From contig CAXTKV010000049.1 of NCBI GenBank assembly GCA_964244895.1, positions 1 through 26,541 of the forward strand: a stretch of 26,541 nucleotides of DNA, given 5' to 3'. The translations under genes were made by a program, and so were the position numbers. Source of the DNA: an uncultured Deinococcales bacterium (lineage in GTDB: Bacteria > Deinococcota > Deinococci > Deinococcales > JAAFIG01). The first letter of the stretch is position 1. Each line of letters opens with the position of its first letter. Positions 25,857 to 26,541 of the stretch are shown piece after piece. The notes under the pieces are model-generated. The model saw nothing but the letters and a program-made list of their open reading frames with translations. It made no database searches and was not told the DNA's origin.

Positions 25857-25886
25857 GCCCGCGCTATCCAGCGCGGGTTTTTCTTT
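25857..25886 (+). terminator. Rho-independent terminator
   Basis: CCCGCGCT-atcc-AGCGCGGG followed by TTTTTCTTT. Confidence 0.85.
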
Positions 25887-25898
25887 GGATTCAGCGAC

Positions 25899-25938
25899 GC
25901 CGCCCTGGACGTAAATCAGAAACAGTGTCCCAGACGGT
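25899..25938. repeat. Paired palindromes (25 bp apart)
   Basis: gccgccctggacgta at 25899 and agtgtcccagacggt-gttctc at 25924. Confidence 0.75.
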
Positions 25939-25949
25939 GTTCTCGGTCG

Positions 25950-26531
25950 TCAGCCTGCGGCGCGCCAGATCCATTCGAGCGATTCGCGCAAGGCGTGACG
26001 CGGTGCCCAACCCAGGCTCGAGACCGTCAGCGACACGTCCGCAGCTTGCCAGTCGATCTGTCCGGCTCTGGGTGATCCAGCACCATCCTCGAGAATCCGA
26101 CCGTCGAAACCCGCGATCTCTGCGAGCATCCTGACCAGATCGCGCGTCAGCGTCGCCGCGCCGCTGCCGAGGTTCAGGATCGGTGGCGGCAGCGTCTCGA
26201 GCGTGGCCGCCCCGATCAGGGCATCGACCGCGTCCCGGATGTCCACGAAATCGCGGCTGGATTCCAGCGAACCGAACCGAATGCTGTCCTCACGGCGCTC
26301 GAGCGCAGCCCGCAGGCGAGCCACGGCCCGTCCGGGCAGGCTCGAGTCCGGCAAGTCAGGCCCGAGCGGGTTGAACAGGCGCAGAACGACCGCCTGCGCG
26401 CCGAGCGACCTGGCCTGAACCACCCGCCGTGTGGCAGCGAGCTTTGCGCTGCCGTAGGCGTTCGCGGGGCGCTCCGGCGCGTCCGTGGCGATGGCCGCTC
26501 GGGTCGCGACGCTGCCGTATTCCGCCGCCGC
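25950..26531 (-). CDS. NAD-dependent epimerase/dehydratase (extended SDR), 5' part missing
   Basis: AAEYG, catalytic YGSAK, LRLFNPLGP, RDFVDIRD, NLGSG and LGWAP motifs. Confidence 0.88.
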   Translation of the reverse strand, partial: AAAEYGSVATRAAIATDAPERPANAYGSAKLAATRRVVQARSLGAQAVVLRLFNPLGPDLPDSSLPGRAVARLRAALERREDSIRFGSLESSRDFVDIRDAVDALIGAATLETLPPPILNLGSGAATLTRDLVRMLAEIAGFDGRILEDGAGSPRAGQIDWQAADVSLTVSSLGWAPRHALRESLEWIWRAAG

Positions 26532-26541
26532 GCATTACCGC

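Noticed and set aside
457..25938. Paired palindromes as CRISPR mini-arrays or integron attC sites
   Set aside because: Only two degenerate units per locus with 10-26 nt between cores, no cas or integrase genes, no RYYYAAC/GTTRRRY boxes, and they flank ordinary housekeeping genes.
26532..26541. In-frame TAA just upstream of AAEYG in the epimerase (possible pseudogene)
   Set aside because: It lies in the last 10 nt of the window, where the expected GS(A)AEYG context breaks. It is more likely a contig-end artefact and cannot be judged without reads.

Overview
26.5 kb of GC-rich bacterial chromosome, most likely Deinococcota (Deinococcus/Meiothermus-like). The assignment is inferred from many leaderless genes with a TANNNT -10 box 6-7 nt before the start codon, a Thermus PaaR-like TetR and a ComZ/PilX-type pilin cluster. 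About 23 CDSs are present: partial MBL hydrolase, secreted S8 protease, TetR, UbiD/MqnL decarboxylase, lipoprotein, a five-gene type IV minor-pilin operon, MFS transporter, M48 peptidase, YhhN, LysR, two GNATs, a response regulator/sensor kinase/pseudo-regulator trio, MoxR-small membrane protein-DUF58, LysM-NlpC/P60 and a partial SDR epimerase. The strongest unexplained signals are in the DNA itself. (1) A palindrome, consensus GAACACCGTC-N3-GACGGTGTTC(TCGAG), sits in about 14 of 17 intergenic gaps, nearly always as a pair spaced 25 or 34-36 bp apart, one helical turn different, with unconserved spacers. (2) CTCGAG occurs about 107 times by manual count, roughly ten-fold above expectation, in all reading frames. 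(3) The 759-aa PilX/ComZ-like pilin carries a CxxCH (CMFCH) motif. A GTAG-type REP doublet, inverted heptamer arrays and an Asp-to-Glu pseudo-receiver are also present. All counts were made by eye and no database searches were run.
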